Shown here piece after piece: positions 36,011-48,339 of a DNA stretch of 64,000 nucleotides. A model generated the notes under the pieces. The model was not told the origin of the DNA. It was given only the letters and a program-made list of their open reading frames with translations, and ran no database searches. The position numbers and the translations under genes were made by a program. This DNA is from Squalus acanthias (taxonomy: Eukaryota): contig CM059425.1 of NCBI GenBank assembly GCA_030390025.1, positions 174,656,001 to 174,720,000 of the forward strand, written 5' to 3'. How positions within the stretch are numbered: position 1 is the stretch's first letter; every line of letters starts with the position of its first letter.

Positions 36011-38810
36011 GGCTGCGAATTTCCCAGCGAAGGCGGGTTGGAGTCGGGTTGCGTGGTCGGCGGCTTCTGGTCCCGCTCCCAGTTGCTGTCGCCCCGTAGG
36101 TGAAATTTTACCTTGATTGGCCTCGTGATAGCTGACATGCGGGTCCCTCCAGGCACTTGCTTGGAGTGTGTCAGATGCTCGTGTCCGATGACTCATTGTT
36201 TGTGAAGATTTAAAGGGGCCATGTCCCCTTTGCAGGAGCATTAGCTTTTTTCTCTTCGAAGTGCTGGCTGCTACAGGAGTGGCTGTGCAACAAACTAAGG
36301 CTGCACCCAGGTTCGATGAGGGCTCCCTCCATGCTCTTGTGGAGTGAGTTAGAAGACGTCAGGAGGTCCTCTTCCCTGGAAACGGAAGGAGGAGGCCTCC
36401 TCAGCAAACCAAGGTAGCTTGGTTGCAAATAGCTGAGGAGGCGAGTTCGAGGTCTGTGTGCAGATGCACATGGGTTCAGTGTCGAAAAAGGTTTCATGAT
36501 CTGTTGAGATCAGCTAAAGTGAGTATAACATCACACTTACCTTCAATTTGCCTTCCATCTCTTATCATACCCATCAATCTGCATTGGGAACCTTCCCTTG
36601 CACATCCCAACTCACTCTAACATCCCTTGTACCCTCACCCATCCCTCTCTTTCTCTGTACAGAATCACGTCTCCATCTTGATATGCAACACTCACACCCT
36701 TATGCAATGCCAACAACTTAAAATGCACAGGGAGGGAAGATGGTTAGTGCACCTCACTCCTTCACAGAGTGCCTCTAAACATCTATGTCATGCATTCTTA
36801 ACACTCACTCCATCAGTCTCTCTCAAACTCCACTTGTGTCCCTCACTACAGGAGAAGAGAGCCTGCAATAAAAGGGAGAAGGGGAGGACAGGAGGAGGAC
36901 CACCATCCCTGGCTCACCTTACGAGCGCTGAGGAGGCAGCCCTGGAGATCGCTGGAGGTGCAGAGGAGTTGGTAGTGGGGGACGGAGAGGCAGGCATAGA
37001 ACAGCAAGTTGGTGAGAGAATTGATTTCCAACCCTCTGATTTAGCAATCATGAGTGACTAATATGGGATATGATGTTCGTAGAGAATGAGTACTGAGCAT
37101 CTGCACAATAGCATGTATCTGCAACCTACATTTCACTTGTCTAACTCGTGCATTTACTCCCCCCCAGGACCATCGAGAGCCCTGCTCCCCACTGTACAGG
37201 AGGAAGAGCAGGAGCACTCCTCAGAGGAGCCACCAGCCTGAGGGAGCAGCGGCACCAGCACTCAGCGCACCCAGCACCAGCGCAGAGACACACACCTCGG
37301 TGGGTTTTGTGCGAGATAGAGTAGTGTTGTCACCTGGTGTATCACAGCTCACGGGTGAGCAGGAGCAGATGTTGGAGGCAGGGACAGCAGTGGAGAGTCC
37401 TCGTCGGAGGATGCTGGGCTCTCCAAGCTCTGCTCAGCTGCACGTAGACGCTGAGCCTCTGGGGCCATCCAGAAGGAGAGCCGTGCTGGAACTTCAGGAG
37501 CAAGTGCAGGAGGCTCTGAGTGGATTTTTTTCCACGGTAACTGCGAGTGTGCAGAGAATGGAGGAGTCAATGCTAAACATGAGCAATGCCGTGGTGAACG
37601 CTATGGGCAATATAGGTGCTGCAATGGAAAGGATGGCAACCTCCATGGAGCACATAAATCGCCAGACTCAGGAGAACATGGTAACACTTCTAAATAGATG
37701 GTCATCCATGGAAGATAGATGGGCATCTATTGAGGAGAGAAACCAGAGGTTCACGGAGGTCCTTGTCATGAGGAATGTCAGTACAGAGACAGGTCCTCAT
37801 GGCCCCACCGATGTGCAGCAAGGTGCTCTCCAGCAACTTGCTAGCAGTGAAGTGCGGGTGACCCATGAGAGGGAGACGGTGATTTACAAGCACAAGGAAG
37901 TGGGGGCTCCTCTCCAAGCGCTCACACTCCCTTGCCACTGCCGAGCCCTTGGTCAGAGCCTCTGCCTGAGGCAACAGGAATGGCCGAGTCTGCCCCTGCA
38001 CAGCCGCAGGAGGAGCAGACATTGGCGGGGCCCTTGAAGGCTCTCAAAATTAGAGGATGGCCGCCAAAGGCGTCTAAGCAGGAGCAACAGGGAAGTGAGC
38101 AGCCTGCCGCCACATCTGCTGAAGCTACAGGGGGGTCTCAACGTAGAAGCGCGCGTAAGAGAAAGATGTCACATTAGTTATCACAAGGGTTCTCACTTGG
38201 GTGGTATGATATAATTATTTGAAAACTTTCTGTTCATAGTGATTTTGTAATAAATTTATGTTGAACCAAGGTTTGGCGTCGTTGTGGTGACAACTTGAGG
38301 TGGCACAGTTTAGGGTAAGTGCGCCTTTAAAATCCAGCAATGCTGGTTAGAGTGCATCTATAGTGCCCAACACAGACTTGCAGCCTAAAAACAGAATATG
38401 CCCCCCAAATGACTCAATCACCAAGCTTAGAGATTTCTAAATGACGAGATTGAAGACTGCAGCTTTTACACTGTACAGTACTTGCAGCTCTGAAGTCTCC
38501 AGCTCGCTGGTGTTCACGCCTCACTTACCTGGCGTGTTGTCCGAACGTCACGAAACCTGAGCCAGCAGCTGGAAATTAAAAATAAAAACCTGAAAATTGC
38601 TCACAAGTACCTGTTCATAGGCAGTTCATTGCCTTTAATCCCTTTCCCGCCGCTTGGTGTCGGGTCCATTTGCAAATCGGGGACCTGACACTTGGGAAGG
38701 TTGTGTGGAGGCGGGATGACGGCGGGTTCCGGACCCGCCGTCAATCGTATTAACTTTAACATCTGACCCGCCTCCAAACCCGCCCGCTGAGCGCCGGCAA
38801 ATTCGCGGCC
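36011..38810. mobile_element. Non-autonomous Harbinger derivative (Myb gene only)
   Basis: TIRs GGCTGCGAATTT / AAATTCGCGGCC plus matching subterminal GGCGGGTT(T)GGAG.CGGGT; flanks TAA / TTA. Confidence 0.85.
36279..38177 (+). pseudogene. Harbinger Myb/SANT gene, exons 36279-36518, 36852-37011, 37168-38177, disrupted
   Basis: APRFDEGSLHALVE*V..WLQIAEE..TWVQCRKRFHDL; same intron phases (0,1) as 14887-16817; TGA at 36345 and frameshifts in exon 3. Confidence 0.85.
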
Positions 38811-39243
38811 TTAGTGTTTTATTACACGTGTCTCCGCGGAAAAAGTACTGATAGAATCCTGGGACAACGCTCGCTGGGTTCCAGGGCGCGTATCTTAGCA
38901 AACGCTGTTCCAATCCGGATCGGCTCTTTGAGGTCCCAAACGACTCTCCCTGTGAGGATTCCTGGGCCATTCTCTCATCGCTTATACACTGTAAATAATA
39001 TAAATACACTGCAATTTTCTGTTAATTTTACAAGGACACAAAAGGTGGGATTTGGAGCATTTCCACTTCTTTGTATGATAGTTTACCTATACAATTTAAA
39101 AAAATTTCAAATATGCTTTTTGGAGGTTATAGAGCAAAAGATAATTATGAACTGATATACTTTCATTTGTGCTGAAGTATATTGGTTGTATAGAAGATGG
39201 TGTTAATGCTATAGCAATGATGTATTGATCCATAAAACACAAC

Positions 39244-39950
39244 GGCCGAGAATTTGCTGGGGAAAAAATGTTGAGTTTAATGCGCATGCTGTTATTAGTG
39301 TTTAAGTAACCCAGCAATTTGTGGCGAGGAAGAGATACACCATGATTTGCGAATCGCCACAAATTGCTGGACGATTTGCCTCGCGAAAACAGGAGCTCAC
39401 CATGACCCTCCCATGCGTTTCAAGAAATTGCAGCATTTGCGCTGTTAAAATGTATTAAACTCACCACAGAAAATTAAACTGGTACATAATGACGTAAGGA
39501 CCCTTTTAATAAGATTTATGCTCTTACAATGCCACTCAACCTCTCTGGCCCAGAAAGGAAACAGTTGAAACTGTGGAGTCTTAGCCCTGCAGGTCGTAAA
39601 TTGTTCCTAGAGGTTTTTAAAATTAAAAATCTGAAAAAAAAAAATTATTTTCCTTTTCTGTCTCTCTCTCTCTCTCTCAATCCAATCTTTTGTTCACTCT
39701 ATTTCTCTTTCTGTATCTAATTTTACTCTAATTTACCTATTTTGTTCTCTGTCATCACTGTTTGTTTATTTCTCTATCCTTAAATCTCATTGGTTAAGGA
39801 GATAAGTTGTTGGTCCCATCACTTACCAAGGTCCCAGATGTCCCATTTACCTTGTGATGCCGTTAGCAGCTTGCACATCCAGCAATTTGTGGTGCAAAAA
39901 ATTTTGAGCTGAAGGGTGAGGGAAAAAAAATCTAACTGGGCTCGCTGCGA
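39244..39950. mobile_element. Harbinger-type MITE, second family, right end missing
   Basis: Starts GGCCGAGAATTTGC; perfect 17-bp internal inverted repeat 39311-39327 / 39354-39370. Confidence 0.6.
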
Positions 39951-40429
39951 GTATTGATGAATGGATAAAGGTGGTTGTCTTCAACTAAAGTGGTGTTTTT
40001 TTGTTTAAATTAATCCTATAAACCATGAGTACTTCAACGTGAACATTAATGCTTTTTTCAGTCCATGAATAAATCACCATGGTTTTTATTGCAGTTTAAA
40101 ATAAGTGTCTGTTATTATGAGTCTTCTGCAATAAATTTATGATTAACCATGATAACAGTATTTACCAGCAACCTTTAGTAAACTGCTTAAAACATTGTAT
40201 CATAATTTTTAGAACATATGCATTTTTCTCATTTATTTTTTTCCTTTTCCTTGCCTTGCCTTGCAGGAAACTTTTGTTTATCCGGCACCCAAATATCCAG
40301 AATTCTCGCTTAACCGGCAAAAATCATTCTCCGAAAACTACTCTCAAATAACCGGCAATGTTGCCGAGTCACAGTCGAGTCTCCGCGAACGCCGAGTACT
40401 CCGAAAACTCCTCTCAAATAACAACTATT

Positions 40430-42203
40430 GGCCCGGAATTTGCAGTCCTGATGACAGCGAACTGGCAGCGTTCGCTGTCATTTTACTTTTGAAACTGACC
40501 GCAACTTCAGGATTTAGGGCATGCACAGCCTAAAGCAGAAAGCCTGAATTTGCGGTCTGTTATTCACTGCTCCTCCACAGGCTGCACCGTGTCTTCCACC
40601 ACCCCCCTGCGCCCGCCCCCCCCCTCCGCAACAGAGCCGACAATCAGTGTAATCTTTCAAATCATGGAAACTGACGAGAGGTTTAGCTCTTCCGTGGCAA
40701 TTAATTATGCTGTTAAATACCCCATTAAAAGCTAGACCCTTTTGGATTACTGGGGCTTTAACAGCGTATTGACTGTTAAACAAAGGCACTAAAAAACGAA
40801 TTTCAATTTTGTGGAGTGTCAAATTAGAAACTTAAAATTAAAAAAAAAGTTTTTTCATCTCTACTTCAGGTTTGCCGTGTCCTCATGAGAGAGCCCCAAT
40901 CTTTGTTTTGCTCTCTCTAACATCTTTAAAAAGTTAGAATCAATGGAGATTATCCACTTCCTGGTTTGCTGTCTGAGAATTCTGCATTTTGATTGGCTGC
41001 TTAGACTGCTTGTTGACATCACAGCAGCTCTTTGCTGGGAATCCCTGTTAACTTGCATTGTTTTCCGACGCATAACTGAAATCAAGAAATTCTCGCCACA
41101 AAGATCGCGAGATCTTTGTGCGAAGCTTACTTATCGAATAGATAAGGGAGAACCAGTGGATGTGGTGTATTTGGACTTTCAGAAGGCTTTCGATAAGGTC
41201 CTGCATAAGAGATTAGCATGTAAAGTTAAGGCACATGGGATTGGGGGCAAGGTACTGACTTGGATAGAGAACTGGTTGGCAGACAGGAAGCAAAGAGTTG
41301 GAATAAACGGGTCTTTTTCCGAGTGGCAGGCAGTGACTAGTGGGGTTCCGCAGGGATCGGTCCTAGGACCCCAGCTATTCACTATATATATTAATGATCT
41401 GGACGAGGGAACTAGATGTAATATCTCCAAGTTTGCAGATGACACAAAGCTGGGTGGGCGTGTGTGCTGTGAGGAGGATGCCGAGAAACTCCAGTATGAT
41501 TTGGACAGGTTGGGTGATTGGGCAGAAGCATGGCAGATGCAGTATAATGTGGATAAATGCGAGGTGAGACCACACCTTGAGTATTGTGTGCAGTTTTGGT
41601 CGCCTTCTCTGTGAAGGATGTTCTTGCCTGGATGGTGTGCAGCGAAGAATCACCAGACTAGATAACACTGGATAGGCAGGAATGGACGTACGAGGAGAGA
41701 TTGGGGTCGATTTGGGTCTATACTCGCTGGAGTTTAGAGAATGAGAGGAGATCTCATTGAAACTTATGAAAATCTATCAGGGCTAGGACAGGACAAGATG
41801 CAGGAATGATGTTCCCGATGGTGGGTGGAGTCCAGAACAAAGAGGTCACAGACTAAAGATCAGGGGTAAGCCATTTAGGACAGAGATGAGGAGGAATTTT
41901 CTTCACCCAGAGAGTGGTGAACCTGTGGAAATTCTCTACCACAGAAGGCAGTTGAGGCCAAGGTCAGTAAATAATATCAAGAAGGAGTTAGATATATTCT
42001 TAAGGCTAAAGGTAATCAAGGGATATGGGGAGAAGGCAGGGACAGGGTACTGAGTTGGATCGATCGCCATGATCTCACCGAATGGCGGAGCAGGCTCGAG
42101 GGGCCGAATGGCCTACTCCTGCTCCTATCTTCTATGTTTCTATGTCTATGTTTACTTCGGAGCCAGCGGCAAACGTCTTTGCTTCGTCGCTGACCGCAAA
42201 TTC
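40430..42203. mobile_element. Harbinger-type MITE interrupted by CR1 (~41126-42152)
   Basis: Left end GGCCCGGAATTTGC, right end CCGCAAATTC; homologous to 22758-23468. Confidence 0.75.
41126..42152 (+). mobile_element. Young CR1 LINE 3' part with internal deletion
   Basis: [26 protein letters not shown]; deletion at ~41563; tail (TTCTATGT)n. Confidence 0.92.
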
Positions 42204-42239
42204 ATTGTGCTTTTGGGTATTCTAATCACAGATTCTAAT

Positions 42240-42556
42240 CACCTCTACCACCTAGAAGGACAAGGGTAGTGGGCGCATGGGAACACCACCACCTACAAGT
42301 TCCTCTCCAAGTCACACACCATCCTGACTTGAAAATATATCACTGTTCAAAATTCTGGAACTCCCTGCGTAACAGCACTGTCGGAGTACCTTCACCTCAT
42401 GGACTGCAGAGGTTCAAGAAGGCAGCTCATCACCACCTTCTCAAGGGCAATTAGGGATGGACAATAAATACTAATGTTGGCCTCTGCACTAAATACATAG
42501 ACTTTGACTGAAAATGAGTAAAACTGACGCCCACATCCCATGAATGAGTAAAAAAA
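42240..42556 (+). mobile_element. CR1-group LINE family B 3' end
   Basis: Matches 2656-2948 except for the insertion at 42467-42527. Confidence 0.85.
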
Positions 42557-44228
42557 CATTATATAGGCTCTTGTATTTGAATCATTTGCATGAGTGAGTC
42601 CAAAGTCCCCAAACCTTCAAGAATATCGATCATTGCCTTGAGAACCAGGTAAGCTTTCAGGAACATGCGTGGGAAAACAAGCAGCAAACCTGTTTGATAA
42701 CTGACTTCAGCTGCTAGACTTATACCTTCATATGCTCTCAATACAGTGAAAGCAGCAGAGCATCACATCTCAGTTTAAATTTAAAAATATCAAGTGAATT
42801 TATTAAACAAAAGATAAACAAGCACATAAGTAACAGTCATATAATAGCTATATATTTACGGAGTGAGTATTGATACCACTGTGTCAGCCAATGAGTTGGA
42901 GACGGGGTGGGATTTATGGCAGGATTTCAAGCAAACAGTCGATTTTACAGCAAGAAGAGTCTTTTGTATGTAATGCATATTGTACTGGATGTAAGCTGAG
43001 CAGGAAAAATTCTAATCAGTATTACTCATTTTCAGTCGTAATTCGTCCAAGTCTATGTATTTAGTGCAGAGGCCAACATTAGTATTGTATGTCTTGACTA
43101 ATAAATATACTAAGTTACTTACAAAAATTAGCTTTTGGCTTTTTGAATAATTAATCTTAAGCACTCTGGTCCAAGTTCAAAATTAAAACCTGATCCTAAA
43201 GCTAAAAGTAGGCTATTGCTTTGTAGTTGGTTAACTTTACTGAGGAAATTCTGTGCAAATGTGAACTTTTTTTTACACTGCAGTTTGAGGAAATGCTGGT
43301 TTATGTTTTGTAATTTATACAGTGTAACAGTTAATTAATTTGATTCAATGTCACAGTGAGATCAAACAGTAAAAGTTATTGTTTTAAAAGGAGCCTATTA
43401 TTACAACTTCCAATTTTCTTGATGTGGAAGCTTGGAGTTTTTTTTATGCACATGATTTACTCTTTGTCTGCCACTTTTTCTCCTCTCCCCTCCATTGATT
43501 CATTGCTGTGGCGCAGTTCCACACTTGCTGGTTGCTGGCCCATACCTCACCCAAGTGGTCATTATTCATGTGTGTACCTTGACAGTGAGTGTAGGCAAGC
43601 TATTTGACTGGGAGATATTACAACTGAGCCCAATCCTGTCCTTGCTGAACATTTATACAAATGCACTTTCAGCAGGGTTTGCTTGCTATTATTCAGGAAT
43701 AGGAGGACTCCCTGATTTTATTCCCCCTTCCTACTGAGGCCAATTGTAGCACTCTGTTATATTCCAGTGTCTTTTTGAATCTTTTTACCCTAGATTATTT
43801 AATCTTTCTGTTATGAAGCACTCCCGTGAGTGACTTCCAACTTCCTATACCTTCAGGTGTGTCTACTTAACGAGATCTAGTTAAGCCCTCTGGTAACATA
43901 CCTGGGTAAACAAACAGCAAATCCTGTTGGGTAACTGCTTTTAGGTACTTGACTATCTTGTGCCTCCATAAGATCCCACTTCAGTCTTCAAAAGCGATAG
44001 CGTAGCACGTCAGACTTAGTTTAATGTTTAAAATATGAAGCTAATTTATTACATAAATAATGCACAAAATAATAATCCAGTAGTGATATAATAGTAAAAT
44101 AGCTATAGTAAACAATAGTTATAGTTATATTAGAAAATCCTTTATCTAACTTTAGATAGAATAATTAAAAGATAGCAACTGTAAGAACTAATCAAAGCCT
44201 TCATAGATATAACTTGTAACTAGTCATA

Positions 44229-44431
44229 TTAACAGAAAATGCGACAAAATACTGAGCAGGTCAGGCAACATCTGTGGAGAGAGAAACAGTTAACATTTCA
44301 GGTTGATGACCTTTCATCGACCTGAGACATTAACTCTCTTTCTCTGCACAGATGCTGCCTGGCCTGCTGTGTATTTCCAGCATCTTCTGTTTTTATTTCA
44401 GATTTCCAGCATCTGCAGTATTTTGCTTTTG
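44229..44431. mobile_element. 203-bp palindromic Penelope terminal-repeat mini-element
   Basis: Two inverted copies of the 14250-14375 sequence; 11-bp TSD AACTAGTCATA (44218-44228, 44432-44442). Confidence 0.85.
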
Positions 44432-45863
44432 AACTAGTCATAATACTTATCTTTTAGGACTATCAAGTTGTCTCTTCTGAGATTTTCAAACAGCATTTTA
44501 AGATTTCAAACTGTCACTTCTCGTGCTCCAATTTATGAGATCTTCTAACTCCCTTGATTCAAACAGAATTCTCTCTTCAGTATCCCAGAAAACAGTTACT
44601 GGGACATCTTGAATTTTGAATGTCTGATTTCTCAAATTCAAAAGGAAACTCACTCAAATAAAAATTGAACCAATCACAAAGTCTGTAAACATTTGAAAAT
44701 TGTTTTAGATTCCCTGTCAAGCCTATTACTAGGATACAACAACAACAAACCTTGCAACATTTATATCTGAGCAGGCCTGGTGGAAAGCCCTAACTTGATG
44801 TTAAAATGCTCTGACTGTGTTTAAAGAGGAAGCCACCAAACCAAAATACATTTTTGTCACGCACCCTAAATGCCCTGTTCCAATTGAGATGAACCAACTT
44901 AGTAGAGACGAGGGATTGGACTTGGGAAAATTCCTTGTCTGGGTGGCTCAGCTGCCCACTGAATAGTATATGCTGTGCTCTAATTGATATTTAAACCTCA
45001 GGCCTTTTGTATGCTTGGATTGAAGAGAACCTGATGTATGCAAGGAATTTGAACTACAGAAGGATTATGTGACCTAACAGTTTTTATGCCCAGAATTTAA
45101 ATTCCCCTCATCCTCTGAGAAAGATATCCCATGATTGCTAAGGAATGGGCAGTTAGTGACTTAACAATGTTTGGGTTATTTTAGTTATATTCTATTTTAA
45201 TTCTCAAGGGTGGAAGTCATTGTTTCTGTGTATAATGGACACATTCATAATATATAATAGACAATCCCGTGTAATAGACAAATAATGGAATCCAAACCAA
45301 TGCCTATTAATGTTTATATTGCAGCAATCATTTTAAATTGAATTGGTTTCAAATGACCATGGCTAGTTAGTGAAACTGCCAATCCGTTAGTAGTTTTCTG
45401 ATCTCAATTCTTGAACTAATCCTTTTAGATCTTGTGTAGTCCAGCAATTTAGTTGGGGAATGATTGAGCTTTTTAAACTTACTTACAGTCGATGCCTTGT
45501 ATCATGCTTTGTATTCCAGTGTGTCCAGGATTTGCCTGTATAAGTGCACTCCTGTGCTGGTGAATGGGTTACATGCTGAACCTAATACTGTACAGCTAGC
45601 TATTGTACTAGTTGGTCTACAGATTTTTACTAGCACTTAAATTCAGTCTATAATTTTAAATAATGTTGGTGAGCGGAACACGTTAACTGTAAGACTAACA
45701 GATCTAGTTGTATTGGGAAGCTCTGTAAATAAATTTAATATATGCAATATGTAAGTTTTTGACTTCCCAGGGATAATTTGAAATAATTTATATTTCTAGT
45801 ATTAGTTCTGTCGATATGATAGTTAAAATAGGAGGATTATTGTTTTTAATTGTTGGTCTTTAG

Positions 45864-46020
45864 GTGTCAAGATTACTGGAATGAGTGCACAAGTTCCAGA
45901 AAATTGGACACAAGATTTGGAGAAATTATAGCTAACAAATTTCCCATGCCTACTGCTTGTGCAACAGCCATGGTGACGCAAGTGTCTACTAATTCCTTTG
46001 CATGTTGGGCTAAATTCCAG
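45864..46020 (+). other. Candidate host exon (coding status unknown)
   Basis: Acceptor GTCTTTAG, donor CAG|GTAACT, one open frame, Kozak GCCATGG at 45970; no recognisable homology. Confidence 0.3.
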
Positions 46021-46261
46021 GTAACTGCACTTAGAATGGTTCTACATGCAGGAGAAGAGATTGTTAGCACTTCACTGCTTTCATTTTGTGTAAACCTTTT
46101 GGATTGATATAGAATGTTGTGGTGTTGCAGCAATAGCTCTACCACCTCTGTACCATCTTTAATTAGAATCTTGTAGAGAATTGCCAGCCTGGCTATCATT
46201 TTAAGACTGGAGGGGATGAGCTATTGCAAAAATGGGCAGTTGGCAATTCAGGGTTTGGCCA

Positions 46262-47022
46262 CATAGAAACATAGAAGATAGGAGCAGGAGTAGGCCATTC
46301 GGCCCCTCGAGCCTGTTTCGCCATTTAATGAGATCATGGCTGATCATCCAAATTCAGTACCTGTCCCTGCTTTCTCCCCATATCCCTTGATCCCTTTAGC
46401 CTTAAGAAATACATCTAACTCCTTCTTGAATATATTTAATGAATTGGCCTCAACTGCCTTGTGTGGTAGAGAATTCTGCAGGTTCACCACTCTCTGGGTG
46501 AAGAAATTCCTCCTCATCTCAGTCCTAAATGGCTTACCCCTTATCCTTAGACTGTGACCCCTGGTTCTGGACTCCCCCACCATCGGGAACATCCTTCCTG
46601 CATCTAGTCTGTCTAGTCCTGTTAGAATTTTATAAGTTTCAGTGAGATCCCCTCTCATTCTTCTAAACTCTAGCGAATATAAGCCTAATCGACCCAATCT
46701 CTCTTCATACGTCATTCCTGCCATCCCGGGTATCAGCCTGGTGAATCTTCGCTGCACTCCCTCCATGGCAAGAACATCCTTCCTCAGATAAGGCGACCAA
46801 AACTGCACACAATACTCAAGGTGTGGTCTCACCAATGCCCTGTACAACTGCAGCAAGACATCCTTGCTCCTGTACTGCACCTGCATGCTTTACCTTCAGG
46901 GACTGGTGCACACGGACACCCAGGTCTCGTTGCACTTCCCCTTCTCCCAATCTATTGCCGTTCAGATAATAGTCTGCCTTCCTGTTTTTGCCACCAAAGT
47001 GGATAACCTCGCATTTATCCAC
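46262..47022 (-). mobile_element. Young CR1 LINE 3' fragment
   Basis: ORF 46344-46886 nearly identical to 56911-57430. Confidence 0.92.
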
Positions 47023-47741
47023 CTCATTTAGGAGATGTTGAGGAATATTTATTAAAGTCTATTCTTAATTCAAATTAAGTAACTTTAAATTATCTCTTAA
47101 TTTGATTTGAAATTCTGGAATAAAAAATAGACTTGAGCTGTTTTACTTGATAATTTGAAATATTTTTCAAACAAATATCGGCTTCAAATTAACAGGAGTA
47201 GGTTATACTAGAAGACAGCGTAATGGGATAAAGTGTATAGTATTCACGATTACTACTACTTGTGCTAAACTGATAGGTAATAATGCTGTTTTTAAATAGT
47301 GACATTTTATCATTGACAAGGTCAACCAAATTTTAAATCTTCACAAATATGAAGGGTTTCAGAGTGTTGAGCAGCTCGAGACCAATGGAATGCTAAAAAC
47401 CAGGAGCACTTTTAGCCTAAGTGGGAGTTTAGCATTGAGATGTAATTGGCCTAATATACTTCAGGAGCTAAATCATTAAGTGACTGAAAACAGTTTAGTG
47501 TAACTGGGGGAGGGGGAGAACAGCTGAAACCTTTGGTGTGTAACATCTGCTTAGTGTGGGAGATAATGGATGTTTCATACGTCCAGCGTCATCCTGGATG
47601 TGTCTGTGATGACTTTCGGTTGAGTTAAAGGTTTCTGAACAGCTGCAGCTATCCCACTCGTACGGGAGGCTTAAGGTTCCTGGATTGCATGTTCCAGAAT
47701 GCCACTCCTCCACCAGAACAAGTTCAATGAGTAAGAAGTAA

Positions 47742-48190
47742 AAAAAAGACTTGCATTTATATAGCGCCTTTCATGACCTCAGGACGTCCCAAAGCCCTTT
47801 ACAGCCAATTAAGAACTTCTTTGAAGTGGAGTCACTGTTGTAATGTAGGAAACGCAGCATCCAATTTGCACACAACAGGCTCCCACAAACAGCAATGTGA
47901 TAATGACCAGATAATCTGTTTTTTGGTGGTGTTGGTTGAGAGATAAATATTGGCTAGGATACTGGGGAGGACTCCCCTGCTCTTCTTCGAAATAGTGCCA
48001 CGGAATCTTTTACGTCCACCTGAGAGGGCAGACCAGAGGGAAGCCTTGGTTTAACAAAAGACGGCACCTCCAACAGTGCAGCGCTACGGAGCCTCAGTAT
48101 TACACTGGGAGTGTCGGCCTAGATTTTGTGCTCAAGTCTCTGGAGTGGGACTTGAACCCAGAACCTTCTGACTTGAAGGAGGCAGTGCAG
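47742..48190 (-). mobile_element. tRNA-derived Deu-type SINE
   Basis: B box GGGTTCAAGTCCC (reverse complement of 48147-48159); body and L2-like tail match 13856-14245. Confidence 0.82.
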
Positions 48191-48243
48191 GAATCTTCTA
48201 AGAGTGTTGAATTGTTTAACAGGTATTCAGTATAAGCAATAAT

Positions 48244-48339
48244 AAAAACAGAAAATGCTGGAAATACTCAACAGGTCAGGCAGCATCTGTAGAGAGAGAA
48301 ACAGAGTTAATGTTTCAGGTCGATGACCCTTGTGTCAGC
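48244..48339 (-). mobile_element. 96-bp Penelope terminal-repeat fragment
   Basis: Matches 14283-14370; 7-bp direct repeat CAATAAT (48237-48243, 48340-48346). Confidence 0.75.

Noticed and set aside
40329..40422. CRISPR repeat-spacer-repeat
   Set aside because: Only two repeats, no cas genes, vertebrate context
42467..43086. MITE with 60-bp TIRs
   Set aside because: The interrupted LINE resumes inside the putative element rather than after it
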